Made by a program: the position numbers and the translations under genes. DNA of 64,000 nucleotides from Vicugna vicugna. Taxonomy: Eukaryota. Of the stretch, positions 37,501-52,600 are shown piece by piece (position 1 is the stretch's first letter; every line of letters starts with the position of its first letter). A model generated the notes under the pieces. The model saw only the letters and a program-made list of their open reading frames with translations. It did not search any database and was not told where the DNA came from. The stretch is from assembly GCA_013265495.1 (NCBI GenBank), contig MU057576.1:468982-532981 (forward strand), read 5' to 3'.

Positions 37501-40500
37501 GTCCCTCCTCCAGTACCCCTCATTCCCCAGCTCCTCCTTCTGTGGCTTCAGAGGGGCTTGGAATTTGGGGGTATTCTTGTCCTGCCCTTCTAGCTTAGGG
37601 TCGTGTTGTCCAACATGGCCATACTCTGGCCTTCCCTAACCCCTAAACTAAAGTTCACAGTGTCGTTTTTACTTTGTTAGCTGGGGGGAAGGGCTTTGTT
37701 AGTTGCAGGGAAGGGGAGGAGGGAGTTTAGAAGACAGATGCCTTTTTCCTATGATGGCCTCTTTGATTTTATTTTCAGGCAGACAGGGCTTTGGGAGACA
37801 ACCTGGGCTCTTTGAGCTTCAGAATCCACTTATTGTGAGCTTCTAAAGGTATTCTGTAAAGTCTCCAGGCTTCCTTTGTCTGTTTTGTTGATAACCTTTC
37901 CATCTCTCTGTGTCTTACCAGCCAATGACTTCAAATTGTCATATTCCCTCCTTCCTCTGACATTAAGTCGTGGAGCACGTTACTGCAGTAGCTCACCACC
38001 TAACCAGCCTCCCAGGCCAACTCTGCCAACACCAGGCCTCCTCTGGTTCCTTCCCAGCTGTTCTGGGAAGAAAGTACTTCTCTCATTCCAGGCTTCACTG
38101 CAGTATCTCATTCTGTTGGTGTCGATAAACAAGTCCCCTCGTTCTTCCTAGCGTCTCTCTGCAGTGTTTCCAGGTCTTAAAACCTCTAGTTTAGTCCCGT
38201 TTTCCTGCTCCATGGCTACAGAACATTCTCTCTGTTACGTTTGAGTTGCAGAAGCGTGGACTACTTCATTAAAGATGCATACAGTTCAGCTCAGGTCTGG
38301 GGCTACGTCTACCCTTCTGTGTTCATATTCGCTCTCCTTCTCCGGTCGTGTGGGCCCTGTAACTTTTGGCTGTCTTGCATTTATACATTTTCATCCCTCC
38401 ATACGCCATCTCCAGACTTTCCTGTGTCCACCACCCGGTCTGTTCTTCACGTAACTGCCCAGCATCCTCTGGCCTCTAGGAAGCCACGTAGACCCAGACT
38501 TACTCCTTTGCATCCGGACTCATTCAGTCATTTCAGTCTCAGTGTAACAGAAGGATCTGCTCGCTCTGGCTACTTAGGCTTCCTGTTTGTGTCAGCTGCT
38601 CCTTCCTGCCTGTCTCCTCCAGCTGGGCAGCCCTGGCTTCCTTTTCTTTTTACACAGCAGCCTCAGCCTCCATTAGGGCCAGCATCCTGAAACCATATGG
38701 GACAAGGTTTTGTCTGGCAAGTCAAGACCCATAGGGTTCTTCTGCTGCACAAGGTCCCCAGCAAATCCCACCCACCCCCATCCCCGCTGTCCGGTTAACC
38801 TAGGCTCTTTCAGCCTAGAACTACTCACCGTTACCTTTGTCTCTTTGCAGAGAAGAGGGGAAGAAGGCCAATGTGGCCACGAAGGGTCAGGGGTGGTGGA
38901 GGGATGGAGTGGGAGGAGGGATGTGGGCGAAGAGGCAGGAGCATTGTTTTACCGTACTGCACCCTACTCCTGTCCCCCCAGGCTGCTGGCCCAGCGGCAG
39001 CAACACTCCTTTGGTCTGCATGGGGTGGACTGCGTGGGCACGGAAGCCCACCTCTCCCTCTGCTCCTTGGAGTTCTATCGTGCCAATGACACCGCCAGGT
39101 GCCCTGGGGGGTCCCCTGCGGTGGTGAGCTGTGTGCCAAGCCCTCTCTATGCAGCAGCGTCCAGTGGCCAGAAGAAGCAACAGTCGAAGCCTCAGGGGGA
39201 GGTGTGTGAGACAGTGACTCTGACCTTCCCCATCCCAGGTGGAGAACCCCCTAGCCTGGCCACACCCTGTCTAAGCACAGCCCTGACCTTTGAGGACAGA
39301 GAGGAGCCTTCCAGGGGGTGGGCCACAGAACTGAGACTGCCCCCTCCCTCCCAGCAGAATCTCATTTATCTCCCAGGTCTGTTAGCCCTCTCTGTGCTGA
39401 GGTCCCCATTCACGGCTGGTGGGTACCTCTCTCTCCTCTACAGGCCCGAGTGCGTCTAAAGGGCGGAGCCCACCCAGGAGAGGGCCGGGTAGAAGTCCTG
39501 AAGGCTGGCACGTGGGGTACAGTCTGTGACCGCAAGTGGGACCTGCAGGCAGCCAGCGTGGTGTGTCGGGAGCTGGGCTTCGGGAGCGCCCGAGAGGCGC
39601 TGAGTGGTGCCCGCATGGGGCAGGGTAAGGGGTGCAGGTGGGAGGGGGAAGGAGGAGGTACACACTTCCGGTGGGTACATTCCTTGGGAAGGAGACCCCT
39701 GGGCAGACAACGAAGGTCTAGCTACAACCTCCTGGTCTTTGACCTGTGACCTTAGGCATGGGTGCCATCCACTTGAGTGAAGTTCGATGCTCTGGACAGG
39801 AACCCTCCCTCTGGAACTGCCCCCACAAGAACATCACAGCTGAGGACTGTTCCCATAGCCGGGATGCTGGAGTCCGATGTAACCTGCCCTACACTGGGGT
39901 AGAGACCAAGGTCAGTCCCTCTTTGCACCTTGGTTCAGGTGTTTCACGTCCTATCCAGTCTTGGTCATGATCCACCAGTCTGATGGCCCTGCTGCCCACT
40001 GCCCCACTATCCAGTAGCTCTCACCTGATGCCACCACTTGCTGGCCCTTTAAGTGCCTCAGGCTCGCTGTTCAGCCCAGGTCTGCTGCAGGCTCCCTCCA
40101 CTCCACCCCAAAAGCTTTCCCAGCACTTCTGTTGTGTCACTACAGATCCGACTCAGTGGGGGCCGCAGCCGACATGAGGGACGAGTCGAGGTGCAAATAG
40201 GGGGACCTGGGTCCGTTCGCTGGGGCCTCATCTGTGGGGATGACTGGGGGACACTGGAGGCCATGGTGGCCTGTAGGCAGCTTGGACTGGGCTATGCCAG
40301 CCATGGCCTGCAGGTGAGTGCGAAGGAGAGGGGAACCAAGGCCCTTGCCTCCCAGGGCTGTTTGGGGCAGAAGACTGTGGAAATGAGTCCCTTGGTCCGG
40401 GAGGCTAATGGGGGGACCTCACATAAACACCTCGATATGTCCCCAGGAGACCTGGTACTGGGACTCAGGGAATATAACAGAGGTGGTGATGAGTGGAGTG

Positions 40501-41926
40501 CGCTGCGCAGGGACTGAGCTGTCCCTGGACCAGTGTGCTCATCATGGCACCCACGTCACCTGCAAGAGGACAGGAACCCGCTTCACTGCTGGAGTCATTT
40601 GTTCTGAGAGTGAGTGAAGGGCGGGGTGACGCAAGCCTGGGAAGGGAGGCCCTGGGCCACCCTTTTGCAGGGAAAGAGGGCTGTCATCTGCAGGGGTATG
40701 CCTTCCAGGTGGAAAACCAGAGCTCTGCGGGAGGGGGGTGCAGCGGTCCTGTCTGGCCCCGCCCCTCAGCTGTAACTAACACTCTCCGTTCTTTCTGGGG
40801 TGCAGCCGCGTCAGACCTGCTGCTGCACTCAGCGCTGGTGCAGGAGACGGCCTACATCGAGGACCGGCCCCTGCACATGCTGTACTGCGCTGCCGAGGAG
40901 AACTGCCTGGCCAGCTCGGCCCGCTCAGCCAACTGGCCTTACGGCCACCGGCGTCTGCTCCGATTCTCCTCCCAGATCCACAACCTGGGACGTGCTGACT
41001 TCAGGCCCAAGGCGGGGCGCCACTCCTGGGTGTGGCATGAGTGTCATGGGTGAGAGGGGCGAGTAGAAGGGCAAGGCCACCGGGGTTAGGGCAGGCTTGC
41101 TGGGGGGCAGGGAAGGAAACAGGGGTTCCTTTATCCCCACAGGCATTACCACAGCATGGACATCTTCACTCACTACGATATCCTGACCCCCAACGGCACC
41201 AAGGTGGCTGAGGGCCACAAAGCTAGTTTCTGTCTAGAAGACACAGAGTGTCAGGAGGGTGAGTTGGGGCTTAGACGACAGTATCCCCATCCCGCAGACT
41301 TGCCTCACACTGACATATGCTGATCTCTTCAGATGTCTCCAAGAGGTATGAGTGTGCCAACTTTGGAGAGCAGGGCATCACCGTGGGTTGCTGGGATCTC
41401 TACCGGCATGACATTGACTGTCAGTGGATTGACATCACAGATGTGAAGCCAGGAAACTACATTCTACAGGTGCCTGGGGTCTGAGATTTCCAGCTGTCAA
41501 GTGGGAGGAGCTTTTATTAAAGCACCTTTGATCTGATTTGAAGGCTGCAGCTGGCTGACTTCCTTCCACTCACAGGTGGTCATCAACCCTAACTTTGAAG
41601 TGGCAGAGAGTGACTTCACCAACAACGCAATGAAATGTAACTGCAAATATGATGGACATCGCATCTGGGTGCACAACTGTCACATTGGTATTTGGTGGGA
41701 AGAGTAGCCAGAAAGACTGGGGGATGGGAGGGAGAAGAATGAATTCTCTGCTCCCTAAGTTGTTCCTCTGGATCTCCCAGTCTCTCCACTTCTACCTGCC
41801 CTTCCCCACAGTGGGTCTGTTTTCCTGCCCAAACCACCCGTTCACCTTGCAGGTGATGCCTTCAGTGAAGAGGCCAACCAGAGGTTTGAACGCTACCCTG
41901 GCCAGACCAGCAACCAGATCATCTAA
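25566..41926 (+). CDS. LOXL3: Lysyl oxidase-like 3 (signal peptide, four SRCR domains, LOX catalytic domain), 753 aa
   Basis: Exons 25566-25878, 27606-27769, 28420-28634, 38982-39201, 39444-39624, 39756-39910, 40146-40313, 40447-40609, 40806-41049, 41143-41258, 41333-41469, 41576-41687, 41853-41926; 2262 nt; copper site [21 protein letters not shown], ends QTSNQII*. Confidence 0.97.
26366..26485 (+). mobile_element. tRNA-derived SINE (vic-1-like)
   Basis: GGTATAGCTCAGTGGTAGAG...GGTTCAGTCCCCAGTAC..AAATAAATAAACCTAATTACC; 18-bp TSD AACAAATATGAATGTCAG at 26348-26365 and 26486-26503. Confidence 0.9.
28850..29350. promoter_or_regulatory. Intragenic CpG island in LOXL3 intron 4 (candidate alternative promoter)
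   Basis: Very CpG-rich, four tandem CCCCGCC GC boxes at about 28960-29000; abrupt change to AT-rich sequence after about 29400. Confidence 0.7.
30992..31017. repeat. (GT)13 microsatellite
   Basis: Perfect GT run. Confidence 0.95.
31560..31698 (+). mobile_element. tRNA-derived SINE (vic-1-like)
   Basis: Same consensus; TSD GATAAGGAAGACA at 31541-31553 and 31699-31711. Confidence 0.9.
33843..33983 (+). mobile_element. tRNA-derived SINE (vic-1-like)
   Basis: Same consensus; 17-bp TSD AAGAATCAATAGGATGA at 33826-33842 and 33984-34000. Confidence 0.9.
35105..35276 (+). mobile_element. tRNA-derived SINE (vic-1-like)
   Basis: Same consensus; imperfect TSD TGAA(A/G)TCAAA(G/A)GGAG. Confidence 0.88.
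36009..36065 (+). CDS. LOXL3: Candidate 57-nt in-frame cassette exon of LOXL3 ([19 protein letters not shown])
   Basis: Branch-like CTGAC and pyrimidine tract ending CACAG| before 36009, AAG|GTAATG after 36065; phase 2-2 matching intron 4; no stop codon. Confidence 0.7.
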
Positions 41927-42377
41927 GGTGCCACCACCCTCCTCTGCACACCACCACTGGCCCCCAGTGGCAGGGGTCTGAGGCTGCCATTACCTCAGGA
42001 GCTTACCAAGGAAGAATCCCTGACGTCAGCAGGCCCACAGCACTCATCCAGTGTGCGCTGTGGGTGTGGAACTGTCAAGCGGAAGTGATCGCCCTTCTTA
42101 GGCCAGCTGTCCGGATCTATGGCCACACAGGGGGCACTTTTGCTCCCAGGCCCAGCACCAAGCCAAGTACGCCACAAAGAGGAGCACCTGATTAACTGCC
42201 CAGAACAAAAGACAGCCAGCAGCTCGTTTTCTTCAAGAGGGAGGTCAGAATGGTCAACTCCAGTATCTCCCCTCAGTTCAAGGAGATACAGCTTTACCTC
42301 TAACCTTTTAGTGGGGGGACAGAGCAGTGTGCTACCCTCCCCCTCATTTTTGAGTATAACATGTTGCTAGGTATAAT

Positions 42378-42392
42378 TTTATTTTATATAAA
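42378..42392. terminator. Adjacent opposite-strand poly(A) signals of HTRA2 (AATAAA, minus) and LOXL3 (TATAAA, plus)
   Basis: TTTATT 42378-42383 and TATAAA 42387-42392, between the two stop codons. Confidence 0.65.
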
Positions 42393-42558
42393 AAGTGTTT
42401 TTGTGATTCGTTAGAGCTCAGGCATTGGTGCTGGTGGTTGGAGGGACCTGCCTCCAACTGGTTCATTTAATCCTCTGTCCAGGTGCCCTCAGAGCCTAAG
42501 CCAGGAAAGCCAGGTGGAAATCAGAGCAGAAAGAAGCCTCCTACTCTTGCTGATCCAT

Positions 42559-45518
<2,960 letters not shown>

Positions 45519-45896
45519 CAGCTCCGCCTTGGTTGCCTCCTCGCCCGCCCTACACAGAGGAGGCGCTCTGGACGCGAGCGGGAGGACTGCAGGACGCGGG
45601 GCACGCCGGTACCTGAAGTCTCCAGAAGTGCACGCCGGGACCCAGGATTCCGGGAGGCCGACTCCGCCCCCGCCCTGCGAATGCCGGGAATTGTGGTCCC
45701 CGCGGGACGCGAGTTCTGAGGTGGCCCAAGGGCCCGCAAGGCATGCTGGGACCGCTAGCCCTTCCGGGGCGCATCAGGGTTTCGGCTCCCGGCACCCTGG
45801 GCGGATGCCCAGAGACTCCGCCTTCCCAGGAGGCCCTGCGACGGGGAGCGAAGATGGCGGCGGAGGCTGTGGCCCGACAGCCCTAAAGCAGCAGTT
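45519..45896. promoter_or_regulatory. Compact CpG bidirectional promoter HTRA2/AUP1
   Basis: Only 378 bp between the divergent ATGs; GC boxes near 45665; YY1-type AAGATGGCGGC 45851-45861. Confidence 0.85.
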
Positions 45897-48686
45897 ATGG
45901 AGCCTCCCCCGGTGCCGGGGCCGGAGCGGCTCTTTGATTCGCACCGGTAAGAGCCCCGGCGGGAAGAGGCCAGTTCCCGCGTCCGCTTGGCCTTCTGCGC
46001 GCGATCATCCCGCCTCTCGCCCCCAGGCTCCCGGGTGACGGCTTCCTACTCTTCGCGCTGCTGCTCTACGCTCCAGTAGGGTTCTGCCTTCTCGTCCTGC
46101 GCCTCTTTCTTGGGATCCACGTCTTCCTGGTCAGCTGCGCGCTACCGGACAGCGTTCTTCGCAGGTTCCGACCCGGGCGCTAGAGGAGGGTCAGGGCTGG
46201 ACCCGGCCCGAGGCCGCGCAGTCACCGCTGCCTGCATCCCTAGGTTCGTGGTGCGGACCATGTGTGCAGTGCTGGGACTCGTGGCCCGGCAGGAGGACTC
46301 TGGACTCCGGGATCACCGCGTCAGGGTCCTCATTTCCAACCACGTGACACCTTTCGACCACAACATAGTCAACCTGCTCACCAGCTGTAGCACCGTGAGT
46401 TGGGGACGAAGTCGAGAGCGCCGCGGGGTGGTTCCCGGGGCCCAGCTCAAGGCTCCCTTCTCCACGTCCGGGTTTCCTCTGGGGACTCAAGATACCGACC
46501 CTTACCCCAGACCCCGCCTTTCTACTCCATATGTTAATTTTTCTCCCTTCACAACATTCTTTTCTTCTTACTTTCTCTCCTCCCCCACCCCAGCCTCTAC
46601 TCAATAGTCCCCCAAGCTTCGTGTGCTGGTCTCGGGGCTTCATGGAGATGGATGGGCGGGAGGAGTTGGTGGAGTCACTCAAGAGATTCTGTGCTTCCAC
46701 GAGGCTTCCCCCTACCCCTCTGCTGCTGTTCCCCGAAGAAGAGGCCACCAATGGCCGGGAGGGGCTCCTGCGCTTCAGGTGGGTGAGCACAGGTATCTGT
46801 CTCCAAACTGGGTAGGTGGTCAGGCTTGGGGGCCCTTGGGTTTTCACAGCCTTTTTCCACCCTGCTCCTTCCATTCCTAGCTCATGACCTTTTTAGTTCT
46901 TTTCCTTGAATCCCTATATTCCCCACTTTTCTACGGTCCAGTTTGACAGTGTTCTGTTCAAAGTCAGGTATGAGCTGCTGACTGGGCTGGCTGAAATCCC
47001 ATACTCTCTCTTCCCCTTTCTAGTTCCTGGCCATTTTCTATCCAGGATGTGGTACAGCCTCTTACCCTGCGAGTCCAGAGACCCCTAGTCTCTGTGGTGA
47101 GTGTGTGCTGGACGGAGATTCTCTGGGCTTGGAGGGGACATTTCCCAGTCCTGGCCCTGGCTTAGACCTCACTCATGCCCTCCCTTCAGACGGTGTCAGA
47201 TGCCTCCTGGGTCTCAGAACTGCTGTGGTCACTTTTCGTCCCTTTCACGATGTATCAAGTAAGGTATTAACTGTCCTCACTTTTTGGTGGCTGGGAGAAA
47301 CTCACCTCAAGGTCAAGGAAGTAGCTGTCTCTGCCCTGTCCATTTGCAGATCTTTTAATGTCAAGTTCCCACCACAGAGGCAATATGAAGTATTGAGTAT
47401 CTCCCCACTGTCACCACCACTGTTCCAAGAAAAGAGGTATCGGAGTGGAGAGAGGGTACCCCCAACATGGTCCTGGATTGTTTTTGCAGGTGGCTCCGTC
47501 CTGTTCATCGCCAGCTAGGGGAGGGGAATGAGGAGTTTGCCCTCCGTGTACAACAGGTGACAGGGGACCCGGGCAGGATGGAGGTGGGGGTCTTCCCTCA
47601 GGGGGAAGGAGACGAAGGCTTGAGAACCTTCCAATCTTCCAATTCTCCCTAGTTGGTGGCCAAAGAATTGGGCCAGACAGGGACACGACTCACTCCAGCA
47701 GACAAAGCAGAGCACATGAAGCGACAGAGACACCCCAGGTTGCGTCCCCAGTCAGGTGTGTAGTCCCTGTACACAAAGCTTCACAGCCATTTTTTTCAGC
47801 CTGTTGTGGTTTCCTCCCTGTTCCTGTACTAGTCAGCCTCTTCTTCCGCCTAGTTCTCCACTCACCATATTTCGGATTTCTTTTTTGCAGCCCAGTCTTC
47901 TTTCCCTCCCGCCCCCGGCCCTTCTCCTGATGTGCAGCTGGCAGCTCTGGCTCAGAGAGTCAAGGAGGTTTTACCCCACGTGCCACTGGGCGTCATCCAG
48001 AGAGACCTGGGTATGGGGAAGGGTGGCCTCACGCAAGGAGACAGGCACAGGGAAGAAAAGTGGGTGGTGAAGGGAGAAGGTGAACAAAGAAACAGACTCT
48101 CCTCTCCTCTCTTCCCTTCTCCCCAGCCAGGACTGGCTGTGTAGACTTGACCATCACTAATTTGCTTGAGGGGGCCGTAGCTTTCATGCCTGAAGACGTC
48201 ACTGAAGAGACCCAGTCCCTTCCCACAGCCTCCACCCCCAAGGTGAGACCCCAGAAATGGTCAGGTCCAAGACTTGGGGTGGGATGGGGCAGTCTGCACA
48301 TTCTCTGTCCCTGACATCTCTTTTTTTGATCCTGAGACCCTAGCATAGTGCCTCTCTTGCAAAGTAGGCATTCGATGGGTGTTTAATGATGACTTCGCAA
48401 GCCCTCTGACATTGTGATCACCTCAGTTCCCCAGCTCTGGCCCAGCGACCCCTCAGCCCACAGCCCTAACATTTGCCAAGTCCTCCTGGGCCCGGCAGGA
48501 GAGTCTACAAGAGCGCAAGCAGGCGCTGTATGAGTACGCGAGAAGGTGAGGGGTTTGGAGAACGATGAAAGGGACAGGTTGGAAAAGGGAGCTCTTCATG
48601 GAAATAATACAGCAAAGCCCGTTCAATGTCTTCTCCTTATGTCCTGCAGGAGATTCACAGAGAGGCAGGCCCAGGAGGCTGACTGA
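45897..48686 (+). CDS. AUP1: AUP1 lipid droplet/ERAD regulator (acyltransferase-like, CUE and G2BR domains), 410 aa
   Basis: Exons 45897-45946, 46027-46164, 46244-46394, 46594-46778, 47024-47096, 47190-47263, 47490-47556, 47653-47755, 47891-48010, 48127-48242, 48427-48545, 48650-48686; 1233 nt; NHVTPFDH, FPEE, CUE VKEVLPHVP; ATTAAA at 48804-48809. Confidence 0.97.
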
Positions 48687-49699
48687 GTACAGGATGGCGC
48701 CCAGAGCCGCAGGACGGAGACTGGGGGCAGCTCTCACCCAACTCACAACAGGCCGGATGGGTGGGTGGTAAAAAGGGAGGCATGGGGCTCCCCCCAATAT
48801 CACATTAAATTCAGGGTTTTCACTCAAGGTCTCTGTTGCCTCTCTGGGTCTCAAAATCCCCCTAGCAGTTTCCTTTTCCCCTGGTTGTGGGGCTCAGGGA
48901 TCAGGGCCTCCTTGTGGGTTTGTGGGATTGGTCAGAATGGAACTGTCTGCAGTCACCTCCGCATGCCAGGAGATGAGCAATATGGAAGGTGTAACTGAAC
49001 TGAAGACCCAGCAGCAACTGGATCCTAGCTAGGGTGTTCAGCCAAGGTATGTGAAGAAACAGCTGCAAAACTACAAGTCCCAGGATGCCTTTCGGTAATG
49101 AGTACAGTGCACAGAGTTCACACATGATGGGTGTGGTGGCTGGAGCCTGTGAAGCAGAGCAAATGGCCCCACCCCCAAACCAGTCTATAGAGTTTGTGTT
49201 TGAGCCAAGCCCTAGGGTGGAACCGGAATTTACCTTTGTACTTGACACTGGTCAGGGTTAGTGGTGACTGGCTGGGTGGGTCTGGAACTGGCTGCCATCC
49301 TGACAACATCTCAGAGCTGCAAGCAGGTTTGAATCCAGGATTCTTGTGGCCCTTCCCCTGGATTCCTAACCCCCGCTCCTCCTCTTACTCTTTATTCTTT
49401 TCCCCTGGAAACCTTCCCACAGGTTACCAGGTCTCATACAAATTCTGCTGCCCCTGAGGGCCCCTGTGTCAGTCACAGGATTTTTACTACCTGACTACAG
49501 GGTAATAGTCCGCTTTTGATAGTCCCTTACTTGGAGACTCAACTACTGTTTCCCGGCAGGCAAGAAATACTGGGAAGAAGGGACCCCAGGGCATTATCAC
49601 CTGAGGGTACAGGTTAGGGATTGGGAAGATGGTGTCAGTCACCAAATACGAAGCCTTGATGGCGGCCCTGCCTTCTATAGGTCCTGCCAGACAGCCACC

Positions 49700-52600
49700 A
49701 TGGCCTCTCAGCTTCTCGGGCTGGAAGAAGAGTCTGGCCCAAACCCTGGGGAGTCTGAACTGGCTGTGAACCCCTTTGACGGGCTCCCCTTCTCTTCCCG
49801 CTACTACGAGCTGCTTGAGCAGCGCAGAGCCTTGCCTATCTGGGCTGCTCGCTTTATCTTCTTGGAGCAGTTGGAGAGTAGCCCCAGCGGAGTGGTGCTG
49901 GTGTCTGGAGAGCCTGGCTCTGGCAAGAGCACCCAGGTGGGGAGAGATTCTGGGAGTGAACAAAGGGAGGGGCTGGGGAACTGGCTTTTCCCTGGACGAG
50001 TTGGGGGGAGTGGGAGGGGCGCTACGTGAAGTAATAGAAAATGTGGGCAAAGGGAGATTGGTTAGGCTGGCCCCAGGGTGGCTGGTGAAGGACCGGGAGA
50101 CTCCCCAAATAGAGATTAAATTGGCTGCAGCTTCCCCTATGTCTCGCTGACTGGTTTTCCTTCCTTACCCCTACCCCAGATCCCACAGTGGTGTGCAGAG
50201 TTTGCACTGGCCAGGGGGTTCCAGAAGGGCTGGGTAACTGTGACTCAGCCCTACCCTCTGGCAGCCCTGAGCTTGGCCCTGAGAGTTGCTGATGAGATGG
50301 ACTTGACCCTGGGTCATGAGGTTGGATACAGCATCCCCCAGGAGGACTGCACTGGGCCTGACACGCTGCTCAGGTGTGGTCTCCTGCAGGCCTGACCCAA
50401 ATCTAACTCCCCTCACTGGGTAGAAATAAGCCCAGTCTTCTGACATCTCACCATACCCTCCCTCAGCCCAGCTCACTCTTTAAATTAGGAATAATGAAAC
50501 TGCTGAATTAAGCCCTTTAACCCCAACTGGGGACATTCAGACATTCAGCCTCCCCACCCCCATCACAAAAAGTCTCACTCTCCTAACTGCAGTACAGCTT
50601 GTGAACAGTGTCATCAGTGGGGTTGTGGGTCCATGGGCTCAGAAGTCAGTCACAGGGTCTTTTACTGAACTTCACTATTAAAATCTAAGCCCTGGGGAGA
50701 ATTCTGGACTTCTGGGGCTGGGCAGTGTCCACATGGACTCCTCTGCCCACTGCCAATGTCAACAGGTTCTGCTGGGACAGGCTGCTCCTGCAGGAGTTGG
50801 CCTCCACCCGGGGCACCGGAGGCTGGGGCGTGCTGGTGCTGGATGAGGCTCAGGAGCGGTCAGTGGCCTCAGATCTGCTCCAGGGGCTTCTGCGAGATGC
50901 CAGGCTTGGAAACCTTCCAGGGGACCCCAGACTGGTTGTAGTTACTGACCCAGCCCTTGAACCTAAGCTCCAAGCTTTCTGGGGCAACCCTCCCATTGTG
51001 CACGTGCCCAGAGAGCCTGGCAGGTGTCCCACTCCCGTCTACAGGGACACTGTCCCTACTGACCGAGTGGAAGCTGCCTGCCAAGCTGTGCTTGAATTGT
51101 GTCGGAAGGAGGCTCCGGGAGATGTGCTAGTGTACCTGCCCAGTGAGGAGGTAAAAAAATGGGATGCAAAAGGAGGTGTTCCGGGAGGAATGGGAGCGAT
51201 GCTTGGTAGGGACATTGGAGTTGTGGTATTTACTCTCCTTAGGGGTCCTGAGGAAAAACTCCGGGTTTTCATGGTAAAGAGGTCTACCAATCTCTTTTTG
51301 ATTCCATACAATATAGAGGTTTGTGGTTCAACGAACTCCTGAAATGATAGCACCCCGACTTTATGAGTATGTGCATTTTTTCAGAGTGAAGGGCCATAGC
51401 TTTCGTCAGGTTTTCAAAGGGGTCTGTGACCCCAAAAGGTGAGAACTGCCCTAATGCCCCACCCGTCTCCCCAGGAAATTTCCCTGTGCTGTGAGTCATT
51501 GTCCAGGGAGGTGGGGCCCTTGGTTCCCCAAGGGCCCCCACTACGGGTGCTGCCCCTTCACCCAGGCCGTGGACAAGCTGTGCAGGCAGTGTACCAGGAC
51601 ACAGACTTGGGTGCCCGGAAGGTGATAGTCACTCACTGGCTGGCTGACTTCTCCTTCTCCCTCCCTTCCATCCGACATGTCATTGACTCAGGACTGGAGC
51701 TTCGAAGTGTGAGTGAAAGAGAAATGAGGGCATATGGGGGCTAAAGACAGAAATAGCCCACTCTCGGTGGGGAGGGTATAGTTCAAATGGTAGAGTGCAT
51801 GCTTAACATGCACAAGGTCCTAGGTTCGATCCCCAGTAAATCGATCCATTTTAAAAAAATAATAAATAAATCTAATCACCCCACCACTACCCCTCCGAAA
51901 AAAGAAATAGCCCACTCTCATCTGTCTTGGCCTTGGCTGGGGAGCGGTGGCAGGTTTACAATCCTCAGATCCGAGCAGAATCTCAAGTGTTGAGACCAAT
52001 CAGCAAGTGTCAGGCAGAGGCAAGACGACTGCGGGCAGGAGGGGTCCCACCAGGTAAGAGCCTTTGCCCTCAGTGAGATCCAACATGAAAAGAGTCTCCA
52101 GCACGTGAGCCCTGAGGAATCTACAGTGGTCTTCTTCCCCAGGTCTTTCTCCCCTCAGGATCCTGTCTCTGCCTGTATCCTAAGTCCTTCCTAGAACTAG
52201 AGGCTCCCCCACTGCCCCAACCCAGGGTGTGTGAGGAGAATCTGAGCCCCCTGGTCTTACTACTCAAGAGGAGACAGATTGCAGAGCCAGGGGAGTGTCA
52301 CTTCCTGGACCGGCCTGGTGAGCACCCCTCCTGCCCAAGTCCTGCTGTCCGACCACCAGGCTCTGAGAACCCCTGCCCTGTAAGCCTTGTGCCATCCCCA
52401 GCTCCAGAGGCGCTGATGCAGGCCTTGGAGGACTTAGACTATCTGGCAGCGCTGGATGATGATGGGGACCTGTCAGACCTGGGAGTCATCCTGTCAGAGT
52501 TCCCTCTGGCCCCTGAGCTTGCCAAAGCCCTGCTGGCCTCATGCGAATTCGACTGTGTGGACGAGATGCTCACCCTGGCTGCCATGCTCACTGGTAAAAT

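Noticed and set aside
48380..48415. ATGATGA...CTGA (box C/box D-like) in AUP1 intron 10
   Set aside because: Boxes are only about 13 nt apart with no convincing terminal stem; too short for a C/D snoRNA.
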